Virus record (IMG/VR): IMGVR_UViG_3300026518_000006
Location: 171,594-235,593 of that record
DNA length: 64,000 bases
Direction: 5' to 3' (one strand)
Under the pieces are notes generated by a model, which was not told where the DNA came from, ran no database searches, and saw only the letters and a list, made by a program, of their open reading frames with translations. How positions within the stretch are numbered: position 1 is the stretch's first letter; the number at the start of each line of letters is the position of its first letter. Shown here piece by piece: positions 42,644-53,120 of this stretch. A program made the position numbers and the translations under genes.

Positions 42644-43339
42644 ATGAGTTTAGAAACAAAAGAATTATTAAAATACTCTTATAAAAATAAGTTGGCACAT
42701 ATACCGAGTGCGCTTTCAATGGCTCCCTATATCAATGCTGTATTTAATACAAGAGTAACAAAAGATGATATTATAGTTATAGGTAAACCATTTGGGTCAC
42801 AGGCATATTATCTGACTTGGAAGAAGTTGGGTTGGATAGATGACATTGAATCATTAAGTGTAGGTGTAAAACACGATGAAATTGATTTTGTGGACTACTC
42901 TGAAGAAACTATTGGTAACGCATTGGGTGTAGCCATAGGATTGGCATTAGCTAACCCGAATAAATTGGTCTATGTAAACCTCAGCGATGGTGCTCTACAG
43001 ATGGGAAATACCCTTGAAGCCATTCAATTTATAGGACATAATAATATAAAAAATATTTTTGTAACCGTTGATATGAACAATTATCAGGTTACGGGTAAAA
43101 CTACTGATATAATTGATGTTGCACCTGTGATGAAGTTGTGTGAAGAATATTCTTGGCAAGTTGGTGGGGTTACAGGGTTTTATAAAGATATTTTAGAAAC
43201 TTATTTTAAATCAATGACATTTATAGGCAAACCTAAAATTGTCTTTATATCAACAATAAAAGGCTATGAGGTTCCATCTATGACTAAAGACCCTGTTAAG
43301 TGGCACTATAAGAAATTAGAGCCTGAAGATATGGTTTAG
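42644..43339 (+). CDS. Transketolase-like N-terminal (TPP-binding) subunit
   Basis: AHIPSALS, IGNALGVAIGLA, SDG..QMG..LEA...DMNN.Q, TIKG...WHY. Confidence 0.85.
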   Translation: MSLETKELLKYSYKNKLAHIPSALSMAPYINAVFNTRVTKDDIIVIGKPFGSQAYYLTWKKLGWIDDIESLSVGVKHDEIDFVDYSEETIGNALGVAIGLALANPNKLVYVNLSDGALQMGNTLEAIQFIGHNNIKNIFVTVDMNNYQVTGKTTDIIDVAPVMKLCEEYSWQVGGVTGFYKDILETYFKSMTFIGKPKIVFISTIKGYEVPSMTKDPVKWHYKKLEPEDMV

Positions 43340-43348
43340 GAGAAAATT

Positions 43349-43612
43349 GTGAAGATAGAGCCAAATGATTTAGTGCAATACAAAATAGAAGACCACAGTG
43401 ACAGCAGTCTAAAATATGGTGTTATTGAACATATATCGTAGCGCAAAGATACAAATAATGATATGCTATCAGGCACAATTGCTTTATGGAAAATAAAAAA
43501 TAAAGGCTGTATTAAACAAATGTATCTACTTTCACATTTTAAAGTTATTGAAAATTTTGGTAAAATAACCCCCGCTGAATTCAAAAAACAATACCCTGAG
43601 AGGTTTATATGA
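43349..43612 (+). pseudogene. Small PEYFI-tag gene with an in-frame TAG at 43439-43441 (absent from the ORF track)
   Basis: AGGAG SD and GTG start; reads MKIEPNDLV...EHIS*RKDT...KKQYPERFI. Confidence 0.6.
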
Positions 43613-44410
43613 GATTATACAAGAACAAAAAACTAATGGTTGCCGTAGATGACAATCTGCAAAGTTGGACGAAAATAACCGACAACCCAAACAGCATATT
43701 CAACAATAGTGATAAATACACTCCAAAAGGATATGTGATAAAGATAAAAAAAGACTTTTGTATTTGCAGAGTAGGTTTTGAAACAACTCCTGTTATGGAA
43801 TTATACTATGTTGGTGTTTTTTACAATGAAGATGATTTAAAGAAACTTATACCTGAGAATTTTGTTTAATTATGAGAATATATATTAATAACCAAAAAGA
43901 AACTCCCTTAATGGTGGGCTTGACAGACGACCTTAGACATCATTCAACTGTATCAACTAAAACCAAAGATTTATTTATCACTTTAAAAAAGGTGTATTTA
44001 AAAGATGTTTCAGAAAAATATTGTTATTATACCTCTAAGTATTCTTACAGTGAGATGGGAGGTACTATAAAATTCAAGTACATAGGTCAGGTTGAAAAAG
44101 AGGAAGATGTAATGAGTCTTATAGCGGAGTATTTTATATGACTAAAGAACTCGTGGTTGGCGAATATTGTGTATATGACTATGAGGGTGTTGTGATATTA
44201 ACCAAAATAGAAAAGAATAAAGAATATTTTGGTGGAATTCAAGCTGTGGATATATTTAAAGTTAATAAAGGAGCTGAAAATCCACACATAGACATAATGA
44301 CATCTCCTTGGGAAATTGCGAAGGTCATCACATCAAATGGAATAGATGTACTGGGCGTTTTTAAGAATAAAGAGGAAATGTTGAAAGAATTTGGAGAATA
44401 TTTTATATAA
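43609..44410 (+). CDS. Three small hypothetical genes (43609-43869, 43872-44141, 44138-44410) with PEYFI-type C-termini
   Basis: Ends IPENFV, IAEYFI, FGEYFI; located between the two transketolase halves. Confidence 0.75.
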
Positions 44411-44476
44411 AATATATGAGTTTTATAATATCAAAATAGAGGGCGGTTAATTAGCCTATATTTTAAAAGGACTAAA

Positions 44477-44956
44477 ATGAGAGCGACTTTAGATAAGTTT
44501 TTAAGACGAGTTAAAAATGAAGATATTTGGTTTCTTCACGCTGATATGTGGGGGTTTGACACATCAAAATACCCTAATTCTTTGAATTGTGGTATACAAG
44601 AGCCTACAATGGTTAATATAGCTTCAGGGTTAGCCTCACAAGGAAAAAAGGTTATAATCTACGGGGTAGCGGGTTTTGTGTTGTATAAAGCATACGAACA
44701 AATAAAATTTAATGTTAAAGGTTGGGCTGAAAACTACGGAAGTATTATTTTTGTAAATGCAGGTCATAATGGGTGTTATTCTGTTGCGGGAAGAGGACAC
44801 TTGGTTGAAGATGACTACAAGCTTTGTGATGCTTTAGATTTAGAGCTCTCTACCCCTATGTGTAGAAAGGAATTTTTGAGAGAAGTAAAATTGGGGTTAA
44901 AAGAAAATGGAGCAAAATTTATAAGATTAGGGTGGGATGATGAAAAGTGGCAATGA
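44477..44956 (+). CDS. Transketolase-like pyrimidine-binding subunit
   Basis: LHADM, NCGIQEPTMVNIASGLASQG, KAYEQIK, GH...D, FIRL. Confidence 0.85.
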   Translation: MRATLDKFLRRVKNEDIWFLHADMWGFDTSKYPNSLNCGIQEPTMVNIASGLASQGKKVIIYGVAGFVLYKAYEQIKFNVKGWAENYGSIIFVNAGHNGCYSVAGRGHLVEDDYKLCDALDLELSTPMCRKEFLREVKLGLKENGAKFIRLGWDDEKWQ

Positions 44957-45761
44957 TTTATATGTGGTTTTTGGTGGAACAGGTGTAATAGGAAAAAGTC
45001 TTATAAAAAGATTGGTGTCCGAAAATAAAAAAGTGGTGAATATAAGCCGTGTAAACAAAAATGAGCAAGCTAATAAAAACTATCAGTTAGATTTGGGCAC
45101 CGCTTCTTATGATGATATTATGCGGTTGTATACGAAAATCAGAAATGATTTTTCGGAATATGTTATAAAAGGTACTTTTTATTTAGCAACTTACTCCACT
45201 TCAGAGAAGATGAGCAAAAAGCAATTAGAAAATGAACCTAATGTTGTTGACAATATTATTGGATTATTTGGTGAGCCGTTTTTATATATGAGCTCTTACG
45301 CTGTTATGGATGATACAAAATTTAAAAGTGGTGATGTTAAGATAAATTATAGAAGAGCTAAAACAAATACCGAAAAAGTTATAACTAATTTTTCTGAATT
45401 AGAGGTTTATGCTTTGCGTGTTCCTGCTGTTTATGGTGGCTCTGATAATCATAGAGCAGTCTATAAAATAGCGGAAAGATTAAAAAATAATAAAGATGTG
45501 TGTATTCACGACAATAAGATATTGTTTGTTTATCTTAAAGAAGTTGTAGATGAAATTATGTCGATTTACTCAAAAGATGGGTTGTTTCCCAACTCTTATG
45601 AAGATTTTGATTTAGATAATGTGTTTGTTCTTGAAAAACAAGAATTGCCGTTGTTGAATATTGTGTTCAATCTAAAGACTGTCTTTAAAAGTTCATCTGA
45701 TATAATTATAGATATATCAGATGAAGAGGACGCATTTATCAGAACAATACTCAACGATTGA
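44937..45761 (+). CDS. NAD-dependent epimerase/dehydratase (extended SDR)
   Basis: GGTGVIG, YMSS.AV, YRRAK (YxxxK), LRVPAVYG. Confidence 0.85.
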   Translation: MMKSGNDLYVVFGGTGVIGKSLIKRLVSENKKVVNISRVNKNEQANKNYQLDLGTASYDDIMRLYTKIRNDFSEYVIKGTFYLATYSTSEKMSKKQLENEPNVVDNIIGLFGEPFLYMSSYAVMDDTKFKSGDVKINYRRAKTNTEKVITNFSELEVYALRVPAVYGGSDNHRAVYKIAERLKNNKDVCIHDNKILFVYLKEVVDEIMSIYSKDGLFPNSYEDFDLDNVFVLEKQELPLLNIVFNLKTVFKSSSDIIIDISDEEDAFIRTILND

Positions 45762-45985
45762 GTGGAATATTTTTGTTATCTGAACAGATATCATAAACTC
45801 CATCTTTTTCAACTAAAGCATAAGCTCCATTTGAAGTAAGTACTTTATATCTTACTTCATCTACCATTACTATAAAGCTTTTGTCGAGTTTTGCTGTGTT
45901 TACAAACATCTCAACTAAATCTTCAAACTGCTTTTTTGCTTGGTTAAAAGTCATTTTCAATCCTTTATCTCTTTTAAGGTACCTA

Positions 45986-46084
45986 ATTATACAATAATCT
46001 TTAGAAGAAGTCAAGTAGTTTTAGAGGTTTTTGAGTATTTTTTGAGGACTTTTGAAGATTTTACTTTTTGAAAAAGTAAAATCT
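45986..46084 (-). promoter_or_regulatory. Early cassette: palindrome plus sigma70 promoter
   Basis: Palindrome 46056-46084; promoter 46014-45986. Confidence 0.85.
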
Positions 46085-46093
46085 CTTGAAGAG

Positions 46094-46642
46094 CTATATG
46101 AAATACTGAGGAAAGTGTTCGTTACCGAACTCAATATATTTTTGTTTAATGTCTTTGTCTAACTCTACATTAGGATAGTAATACTCGTTTTCAAATGAAG
46201 TTATTTGGTTATTATAACAATAGAATTTGCCCTTAACATCAGGACAGTATTTAAATGAAGTTATCTGATTATAACTACAATTAATATCACCTTTAATATC
46301 AGGACAAAACTCGAATGAAGTTATTTGATTTCCACTACAATTAATATCACCCTTAATATCAGGACAAAACTCGAATGAAGTTATCTGATTTCCACTACAA
46401 TCAAAATTGTCCTTAATATCAGGACAATACTCAAATGAGGTTATCTCGTTATAGGCACAATTAAAGTCACCCTTAATATCAGGACAGTACTTAAATGAGG
46501 TTATTTTGTTATAACTACAATCAAAATTACCCTCAACTCTTTTATAACAACCCTCTAATGAAGTTAATCCTTTATCAGAGATATTAAGGTCTCCATTATA
46601 GACTTCATTTGATTTGTCTCCATAGAGGTCTTTGAATGTCAT
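46094..46642 (-). CDS. Leucine-rich-repeat-like protein, paralog 2 (6 x 20-aa repeats)
   Basis: Near-identical N- and C-termini to 17691-18299, with one fewer repeat. Confidence 0.85.
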   Translation of the reverse strand: MTFKDLYGDKSNEVYNGDLNISDKGLTSLEGCYKRVEGNFDCSYNKITSFKYCPDIKGDFNCAYNEITSFEYCPDIKDNFDCSGNQITSFEFCPDIKGDINCSGNQITSFEFCPDIKGDINCSYNQITSFKYCPDVKGKFYCYNNQITSFENEYYYPNVELDKDIKQKYIEFGNEHFPQYFI

Positions 46643-47055
46643 AAATACTCCTTATAAATAATCATCAAAAATTTCTACTTTAAAACCACAATCATCCATT
46701 AATGAGTTACAAACAATGACATTCTCCTTAAATATATCTTTTATTTTTAACAAATTTTCCAATCTATCTAACTCTATTGTGTAATACACTATTTCAGTTC
46801 CTGATGGTGCTTTGTGTTTTCGTTTTGTTACGGACAAATTTTTAAAATCCGTACTATTACTTACTCTTGAAATTTCTGCTCTCATAATTAAATCCTTTTT
46901 AATTTGATGTATTTTAACATAATAATCTTTAAAACAAAATTTGTTGTAAACCCACATAACAAAAAATACCTTAAAATAAGATAAATTGGATAACTTTTTG
47001 TAATATTAATACCAAATTTAAAATTAAATTAAGCTTAATATCATAAAATAAAATT

Positions 47056-47946
47056 ATGAAAAATAAGAACGATAACAATAATCAAATTGAATTGCCTAGT
47101 GATATTGAAGAGATGTCGGGAATAGAAATAGACGACCCATCAGTATTACAGACAATTAAAGGAACCACCAAAACAGTTTCCCACTATCTTAGTGAGCCGA
47201 CATTAAATTCTGAATTAATTCTTCGCAATAATCGTCTAAAACTAGAGAAGGATAAAAGCTTATATAATGACGAACATTTAGAAAAATTGCTTGAATTAAG
47301 AGCAGAATATGAAAGATTAGACCAAGATACATCATCAGGACTTCAAAAAATCAAAAGAGAGATACGAAATGAAATTCGTGATTTAAGCTCCAAAACTTAT
47401 GTGTATAGAGATGATAATATTTTTGGGGCAATGGTACTTCAAATTATGAATAATATCGCAACAAGACCTAACTTTAGCGGTTATTCGTATCTTAATGAAA
47501 TGAAGTCGTTAGCCACAGAACATATTTTAAAATACACTTGGAAATTTGACTCTTATAAACAAAGTAAAATCACAGGTCAATATATCTCGGCATTTACATA
47601 CATCAGTACAATTATATTTAATGCTTTTGTGGCGACCATCAATAAACAAAACAAAGAAGCTGAGAAAATAAAACAAGATTTCCTAGAAACACAAAAACTC
47701 TTCCACAGAGAACCGAACCAAAGTACCTATCAAAAAGACCACAGTGAATTTGAAAAAACGGTTAAGATAGTGAATATTCCTAAAAAACTAATCAATGAAA
47801 TCGAAAAAATACCACTTGATGCTGAAGATATTATGGTAAAAATTCCTGAAGACTATGTAATTGAAATGAAAGAATATATTATGATTACGCAATATAGTAA
47901 TAAGAATAACATAAATCTGAGTATTACTAGAATTAAAGAGGACTAA
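47056..47946 (+). CDS. gp55: Late-transcription sigma factor (T4 gp55-like)
   Basis: IA.RPNFSGYSY..EM...A....LKY...FD...AFTYISTIIFNAFV..I.K; TATAAATA promoters present in the window. Confidence 0.8.
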   Translation: MKNKNDNNNQIELPSDIEEMSGIEIDDPSVLQTIKGTTKTVSHYLSEPTLNSELILRNNRLKLEKDKSLYNDEHLEKLLELRAEYERLDQDTSSGLQKIKREIRNEIRDLSSKTYVYRDDNIFGAMVLQIMNNIATRPNFSGYSYLNEMKSLATEHILKYTWKFDSYKQSKITGQYISAFTYISTIIFNAFVATINKQNKEAEKIKQDFLETQKLFHREPNQSTYQKDHSEFEKTVKIVNIPKKLINEIEKIPLDAEDIMVKIPEDYVIEMKEYIMITQYSNKNNINLSITRIKED

Positions 47947-48425
47947 TGCCGACACAACTTGAGCACAAAGATATAAAAGCTTTGAGACTTGAAATTCTTG
48001 AAGAACAGGACGGTATTTGTCCTCTTTGTGGAACCCCAATTGATATCGAGGATGCGGTACTTGACCACGACCATTCAACAACATTAATAAGAGGGGTGTT
48101 GCACAGTTGTTGCAACTCTATAGAGGGCAATCTAAAACACAAGTTTAAACGGGGAGGTGGAGAAAAATATACTGACTTCTTGAGTTATATAAAAAATTTG
48201 TGTGTATATCTTGAAAAAGAGCAATACCCGCTGATACATCCTATTGAAAAACCAAAAGAACCAAAGCTTATGAAGAGTAGCTATAATGAATTAATCCGCA
48301 CATTAAAAAAGAACAAGTACAAGTATAAAATACCACCATATCCGAAATCCAAAAAAATAACAAAACCACTTTTGAGGTTATATGAACAATTCAACATAAC
48401 ACCAAAATTCTACAAAGGAAAATGA
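47946..48425 (+). CDS. gp49: Recombination endonuclease VII (T4 gp49-like)
   Basis: QDGICPLC, VLDHDH, IRGVLHSCCNSIEG. Confidence 0.9.
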   Translation: MPTQLEHKDIKALRLEILEEQDGICPLCGTPIDIEDAVLDHDHSTTLIRGVLHSCCNSIEGNLKHKFKRGGGEKYTDFLSYIKNLCVYLEKEQYPLIHPIEKPKEPKLMKSSYNELIRTLKKNKYKYKIPPYPKSKKITKPLLRLYEQFNITPKFYKGK

Positions 48426-48667
48426 TGAACAACAGTATAGTCGATTTAATCAATAAGATATGGGAAATGAATGGCGATAGTTTAGCGGATAAGATATTAG
48501 ACTATTGTGAAACATTTGGAGAAGATGAAAGAGAAGTTGGGGAATTGTTAGCACAAAGTCCTGATTTTAAGAAAATTCTTTATAAAGACTGCTTAAAAAA
48601 TAATATAATCAAAGATGATGATTTAAAAGCACACTTGAGTCGTACAGAAAAAATTGAGCCTTGGTAA
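48422..48667 (+). CDS. Possible late-transcription coactivator (gp33-like)
   Basis: Size, D.ILDYCE...D..EV..L pattern and position near gp55. Confidence 0.45.
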   Translation: MMNNSIVDLINKIWEMNGDSLADKILDYCETFGEDEREVGELLAQSPDFKKILYKDCLKNNIIKDDDLKAHLSRTEKIEPW

Positions 48668-49320
48668 TTTCTGTTTTAATAATCCTTTAATGGTTAAAAT
48701 GGTAAAATATTTTTTAATTTAACCTAAAAAAGGAAAATATGTGATTACATACAGACAACAAGTGAAGATAATTTACAATATTTTTAAGTCATTTGAAACA
48801 GGAGAGATTAAAGACCACTTTATGCCAAATGACTATAACCAATTCACAAAATTTTTGTACAATCATTCCAAATTTGAGAGTATGACTATACCATATTTCA
48901 AACTAATTCTGATATACACAAATTATTATTTTTCAACAACAAGTATTAAAGACCTATTAGAGACAATCAGCGACTTTACCAAGTCTGATTTGATAGGCGT
49001 AAAACAATTAAAAGAAGATGTGAAATCATACAACTATATTATAAGAACAGACCTATCTAAAATAGAGGAGAGTACTTTAAACTATTTCACGCTTTTACAG
49101 AGAAAAGAAATACACCCTTTCACTTTTGCTTGGTATTACAAAAGACACCCTGAAGAATTGGAAAGTTTTGGTAGACACGAAAAACGAATAATTGAAAAAT
49201 ATTACAAAAGAGCAAGAGTTCTGACAGACTATTTCAAATTGGATAGTGACGATTGATATTGTTTAAGGATAATATCAGAAAGTTACAATATAATTCAAAA
49301 TTAAACAAAGGTGAAATACA

Positions 49321-50277
49321 ATGGCTTCAAAACCGAATATTACTATAAATGAACGAGAGACAATCTTTATTGAGAGATTTAGACCTAAAACCATAGACGA
49401 CATTATTCTACCAAAAAATATCAAAGATGATATACGGAAGTGGAAAGAAGAAGGGCAGATACCAAATCTCCTACTTGTATCAAAAAAAGCAGGTTTAGGA
49501 AAAACATCTTTAGCCCACACTATTATTAATGAGTTGCAAGCCGAAGCTAAGTTTATCAACGCTTCATTAGAAAGTAATATCGACACCCTCAGAAGCAAAA
49601 TCAAAGGCTTTGTATCTACTGAAAGTTTCAACGGAAAACCTAAAATTGTGGTTCTTGACGAAGCAGATTTTCTTAACCCAAATAGCACACAGCCTGCTTT
49701 AAGAGCTTTTATAGAAGAGTTCAGCCAAAGTGCCCGCTTTATCCTCACTGCTAATTATATAGACAAAATTATTGAACCTCTTCAAGATAGACTTATGGAT
49801 TATAACTTTGATGACATCTTTAATGACCATAAAGAACTGGTCAAGGACATTTATGTTAGATGTTCTGCTATTTTAGAGGAACAAAATATCGAATTTAAAA
49901 AGGAAGATTTAGTATATTTAATTAAGCATTTTTATCCAAGTACAAGAAGTATTGTAAAAAAACTTGAACAGTTTTCATATAGTGGGAAACTTGTAATTAA
50001 CAAAGACCGTCTTGACAGCGATACTATCATTGATACTGTTATTGACACTATCAAAACTTCAGACTTCGATAGAATGCGGAAAACGATTATAAACATAAGC
50101 GACCCTGCTATGTTGTTCACTGAGTTTTATGATAGATTAGATGAGTTCCCTATCGAAAAGCGTCCACCTATCCTTATGTGTATCGCAAAATATCAAAGTT
50201 GGGACGGAGTAGTGAGAGATAGAGTAGTAAATACCGCCTCTATGTGTACTGAACTTATGGGTATTATAAGAGATTGA
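49321..50277 (+). CDS. gp44: Clamp loader large subunit (T4 gp44/RFC-like AAA+)
   Basis: ERFRPKTIDDIILP, GLGKTS, INAS, VLDEAD, QPALRAFIEEF, FILTAN. Confidence 0.93.
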   Translation: MASKPNITINERETIFIERFRPKTIDDIILPKNIKDDIRKWKEEGQIPNLLLVSKKAGLGKTSLAHTIINELQAEAKFINASLESNIDTLRSKIKGFVSTESFNGKPKIVVLDEADFLNPNSTQPALRAFIEEFSQSARFILTANYIDKIIEPLQDRLMDYNFDDIFNDHKELVKDIYVRCSAILEEQNIEFKKEDLVYLIKHFYPSTRSIVKKLEQFSYSGKLVINKDRLDSDTIIDTVIDTIKTSDFDRMRKTIINISDPAMLFTEFYDRLDEFPIEKRPPILMCIAKYQSWDGVVRDRVVNTASMCTELMGIIRD

Positions 50278-50278
50278 T

Positions 50279-51505
50279 ATGAGTTTAGATAAATTAATAT
50301 CGAGGTTAAATAACGATACTTTGAGTAAACTTTCTAAAGAGAAGTTGAAAGAGATTAGAGCAAAATTATCATCAATACAAGACGATAGAGTAAAAGAAAT
50401 CATTAAAAAAATCAACATCATAATAGATGATAAAAACTTAATCAGTATTGTGGAGACCGATGAAATCACTGATAGAATTGCATTTGATTTTGATATAGAT
50501 TTTAGTGGAATAAATGTTTTTGAAAAAAAGAAAAAATATACCCATAACCAAGAATTTAACATAGGTTTAATAATTGGTACTTCAGGGTGCGGAAAAACCA
50601 CACTACTAAAAGACTATGGTGATTTGGAAGAATTTAAATTTGATAATTCAAAGGCAATAGCTTCACATTTTGATAGTTATGAGCAAGCAAAAAAAGCATT
50701 TTTCGGAGTAGGACTAAATTCAATACCTGTATGGTTGAAGCCATATAATGTTTTGAGTAATGGGGAGAAGTACAGAGCTCTAATGGCTAAAAAATTAAAA
50801 GATGCTGCTGTTTTTGATGAATTCACATCAATAGTGGATAGACCAACCGCTAAATCGATGTGTTTAAGTATAGGAGAATATATCAGAAAAGAAGATTTTA
50901 AAAATGTAGTTTTTGCTACACCTCATAAAGATATTATAGAGTGGTTACAGCCTGATTGGGTTTATGATTTAGACACTAATGAAATAACTATAAAGGAAAA
51001 TCTTCGGCAACGACCAAAAATTGAGCTCAAATTCAGAGACGGAGAAAAACACCTGTGGGGATTATTTTCCAAGCATCACTATATAAGTGCTTCTTTGAAC
51101 AAATCGTGCAGATTTTTTACTGCATATTGGGATGATGTGTTAGTCGGTATGAGTGCTGTTTTATCATTTCCTTCAGGAACCATAAAAAATGCTTCAAGAG
51201 AACATAGAGTTGTTGTGCTTCCTGAATATCAAGGAATGGGGTTCGGCAAAGCTATATCAGATGCTATTGCACAATTATATATTGATAATAATAGACGGTT
51301 TTTTTCAAAAACAGCACATCCAAAATTAGGTGAGCATAGACAAAATTCTAATATATGGAAGCCGACTTCAAAAAATAAAGTTAAAAGAACCCCTAAAGAA
51401 GCAAGTAACGATACATATTGGGCTGTGATTGTAAACAAAGCTTCATATTCCCACGAGTTTATAGGAACATACCCAATAACATATTTAAAAGACTTCACCC
51501 TTTAA
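50279..51505 (+). CDS. ABC-type ATPase fused to a GNAT acetyltransferase
   Basis: GTSGCGKTT, LSNGEKYRA, FDEFTS, H-loop; then HHY...RVVVLPEYQGMGFG. Confidence 0.85.
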   Translation: MSLDKLISRLNNDTLSKLSKEKLKEIRAKLSSIQDDRVKEIIKKINIIIDDKNLISIVETDEITDRIAFDFDIDFSGINVFEKKKKYTHNQEFNIGLIIGTSGCGKTTLLKDYGDLEEFKFDNSKAIASHFDSYEQAKKAFFGVGLNSIPVWLKPYNVLSNGEKYRALMAKKLKDAAVFDEFTSIVDRPTAKSMCLSIGEYIRKEDFKNVVFATPHKDIIEWLQPDWVYDLDTNEITIKENLRQRPKIELKFRDGEKHLWGLFSKHHYISASLNKSCRFFTAYWDDVLVGMSAVLSFPSGTIKNASREHRVVVLPEYQGMGFGKAISDAIAQLYIDNNRRFFSKTAHPKLGEHRQNSNIWKPTSKNKVKRTPKEASNDTYWAVIVNKASYSHEFIGTYPITYLKDFTL

Positions 51506-51560
51506 TATTTTATTAAGATTTTTTATGGCATAGTGTTACAACCAATATAAAAGGACTTAT

Positions 51561-51872
51561 ATGGACACAGAAAAAAAAGAATTCGGTTTGTGGTGGCTGT
51601 GGACGCTACTTCTTATTGTAGTCACCATTATTGTAATGGGTGTTACAGGAACACTTGGAAAATGGTTTAACACCTACTCTGAGAGAGTTATTTTTGAGAA
51701 CAGTTATCAAAAACAGGCAAGTCTAAAGGAGAGAATTTCTACTCTTGAAGCACAAAAGACCCTACTGCAATCAAAAATTGCTACAGCGGATGTCGATGAG
51801 CTTCAAAACTTGCTACGACAAATTGATATGTTGACTATTCAAATCAACTCAGCTAAAGCACAGATTAAATAA
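51561..51872 (+). CDS. Membrane-anchored coiled-coil protein
   Basis: N-terminal TM helix followed by a coiled coil. Confidence 0.6.
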   Translation: MDTEKKEFGLWWLWTLLLIVVTIIVMGVTGTLGKWFNTYSERVIFENSYQKQASLKERISTLEAQKTLLQSKIATADVDELQNLLRQIDMLTIQINSAKAQIK

Positions 51873-52120
51873 AACAAAAGGATAAATGATGTCAAAGAAA
51901 AATAAAAAAGTTGTACTAAAAGCAAGTGTCGATGAGGAAATGGTTCATACAGAACTTAACGGAACCTTTTCAGATATACAGGTAACTACAACAGGGATGC
52001 TGTATGAGTGGGCTAAACAAATAGCTAAAGTGACTGACCCTTTAACAGCGTCCATTGTACTTCAAGAAATTGTTGTGGATATTTCAAAGCGTCTTCTTAA
52101 TGGAGAAGAGGAGAGTGAAA

Positions 52121-52660
52121 ATGCGTAATGTTATTATACTTTTAGGTGTTTTTGGATTTTTCTTTGCGGGATGTCAAATGCAAGAAAACCCAACCTCCAA
52201 AGAAAAAAAGATGGTGAACCAACAACAACTTCAATACTCTAAAGCACAGCCAATTCCTACTTATGATTGGTCACTTGAAAGAGACCTTGTTATTAAACTT
52301 TATAATCTAAGAAACCAAAAAGTAAGCACGCATAGTGTATGGAGAAGCGATTATGGTATGATTGAGGGGGATTGCACATCAATGGGTTTTGGCATACCCT
52401 ATGACACTTCTTTAACAAACCCATTAAAAGGAGAATATCTTCATAATGGTGCAAGTGCTACTGTAGGACAAGCAGAGCCAAATGGTGTATTCGCTTCGCA
52501 AAATACAAGCGCAACTTGGGTTATGTGTGTAGGTGATAACGGAGCCCTTGAGCCTCATTATGTTGAATCAAAAGTAACAGTATATCCGTATGAGGTTAAA
52601 GTTGATTATGAGAAAAATCGTGTTTATCGTATCGGTAAACAATCAGCTACTTTGAAGTAA
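52121..52660 (+). CDS. Lipoprotein
   Basis: MRNVIILLGVFGFFFAG-C lipobox; GAGGAG SD before 52121. Confidence 0.75.
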   Translation: MRNVIILLGVFGFFFAGCQMQENPTSKEKKMVNQQQLQYSKAQPIPTYDWSLERDLVIKLYNLRNQKVSTHSVWRSDYGMIEGDCTSMGFGIPYDTSLTNPLKGEYLHNGASATVGQAEPNGVFASQNTSATWVMCVGDNGALEPHYVESKVTVYPYEVKVDYEKNRVYRIGKQSATLK

Positions 52661-52664
52661 TACT

Positions 52665-52970
52665 ATGAAGCTAATTCGTGATGGTTATGTAGGGGTAATC
52701 CCTGATGACCAACTTGACACTACTATAAAAAGTTCCGAAGAAAAACTTAACCTTATTCTTGACAAAATCAAAGAAGAGGCTACTGAGTATCTTGAAAGTC
52801 ATCAGAGAGACCCGAATGAGCTTGCTGATTTATTACAAGTCATTATTGATTGGGGTAATATGAATGGACACTCTTTTGATTTAGTAAATAATTTAAGAAA
52901 AGAAAAGTACAATAAACTTGGTGGATTTAGAAACTTTGTGGTCTTGAAAGAAGAAAATCAAAACCCATAG
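52665..52970 (+). CDS. MazG/PRA-PH-like nucleotide pyrophosphohydrolase
   Basis: KLIRD...KIKEEATEY...ELADLLQVI...K....GGF. Confidence 0.75.
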   Translation: MKLIRDGYVGVIPDDQLDTTIKSSEEKLNLILDKIKEEATEYLESHQRDPNELADLLQVIIDWGNMNGHSFDLVNNLRKEKYNKLGGFRNFVVLKEENQNP

Positions 52971-53022
52971 TTAAACCTAAAATTAAGATATGTACTCCAC
53001 AAATTTAATATCGCTCTTCAAG

Positions 53023-53120
53023 AGATTTTACTTTTTAAAAAGTAAAATCTTCAAAAATCCTCAAAAAATACACAAAAATCTCTAAAACTACTTGACTTCT
53101 TCTAAATATTATTGTATAAT
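53023..53120 (+). promoter_or_regulatory. Early cassette: palindrome plus sigma70 promoter
   Basis: Palindrome 53023-53050; TTGACT at 53092, TATAAT at 53115. Confidence 0.85.

Noticed and set aside
43439-43441. In-frame TAG as evidence of genome-wide amber recoding
   Set aside because: Many genes end cleanly at TAG (e.g. 29266, 41581, 43339) and long ORFs are intact under code 11; an isolated mutation or error is more likely.
51561-52660. i-spanin/o-spanin pair
   Set aside because: A TM coiled-coil protein and a lipoprotein are present, but they are separated by another gene, the lipoprotein is large and globular-looking, and no lysis genes are nearby.
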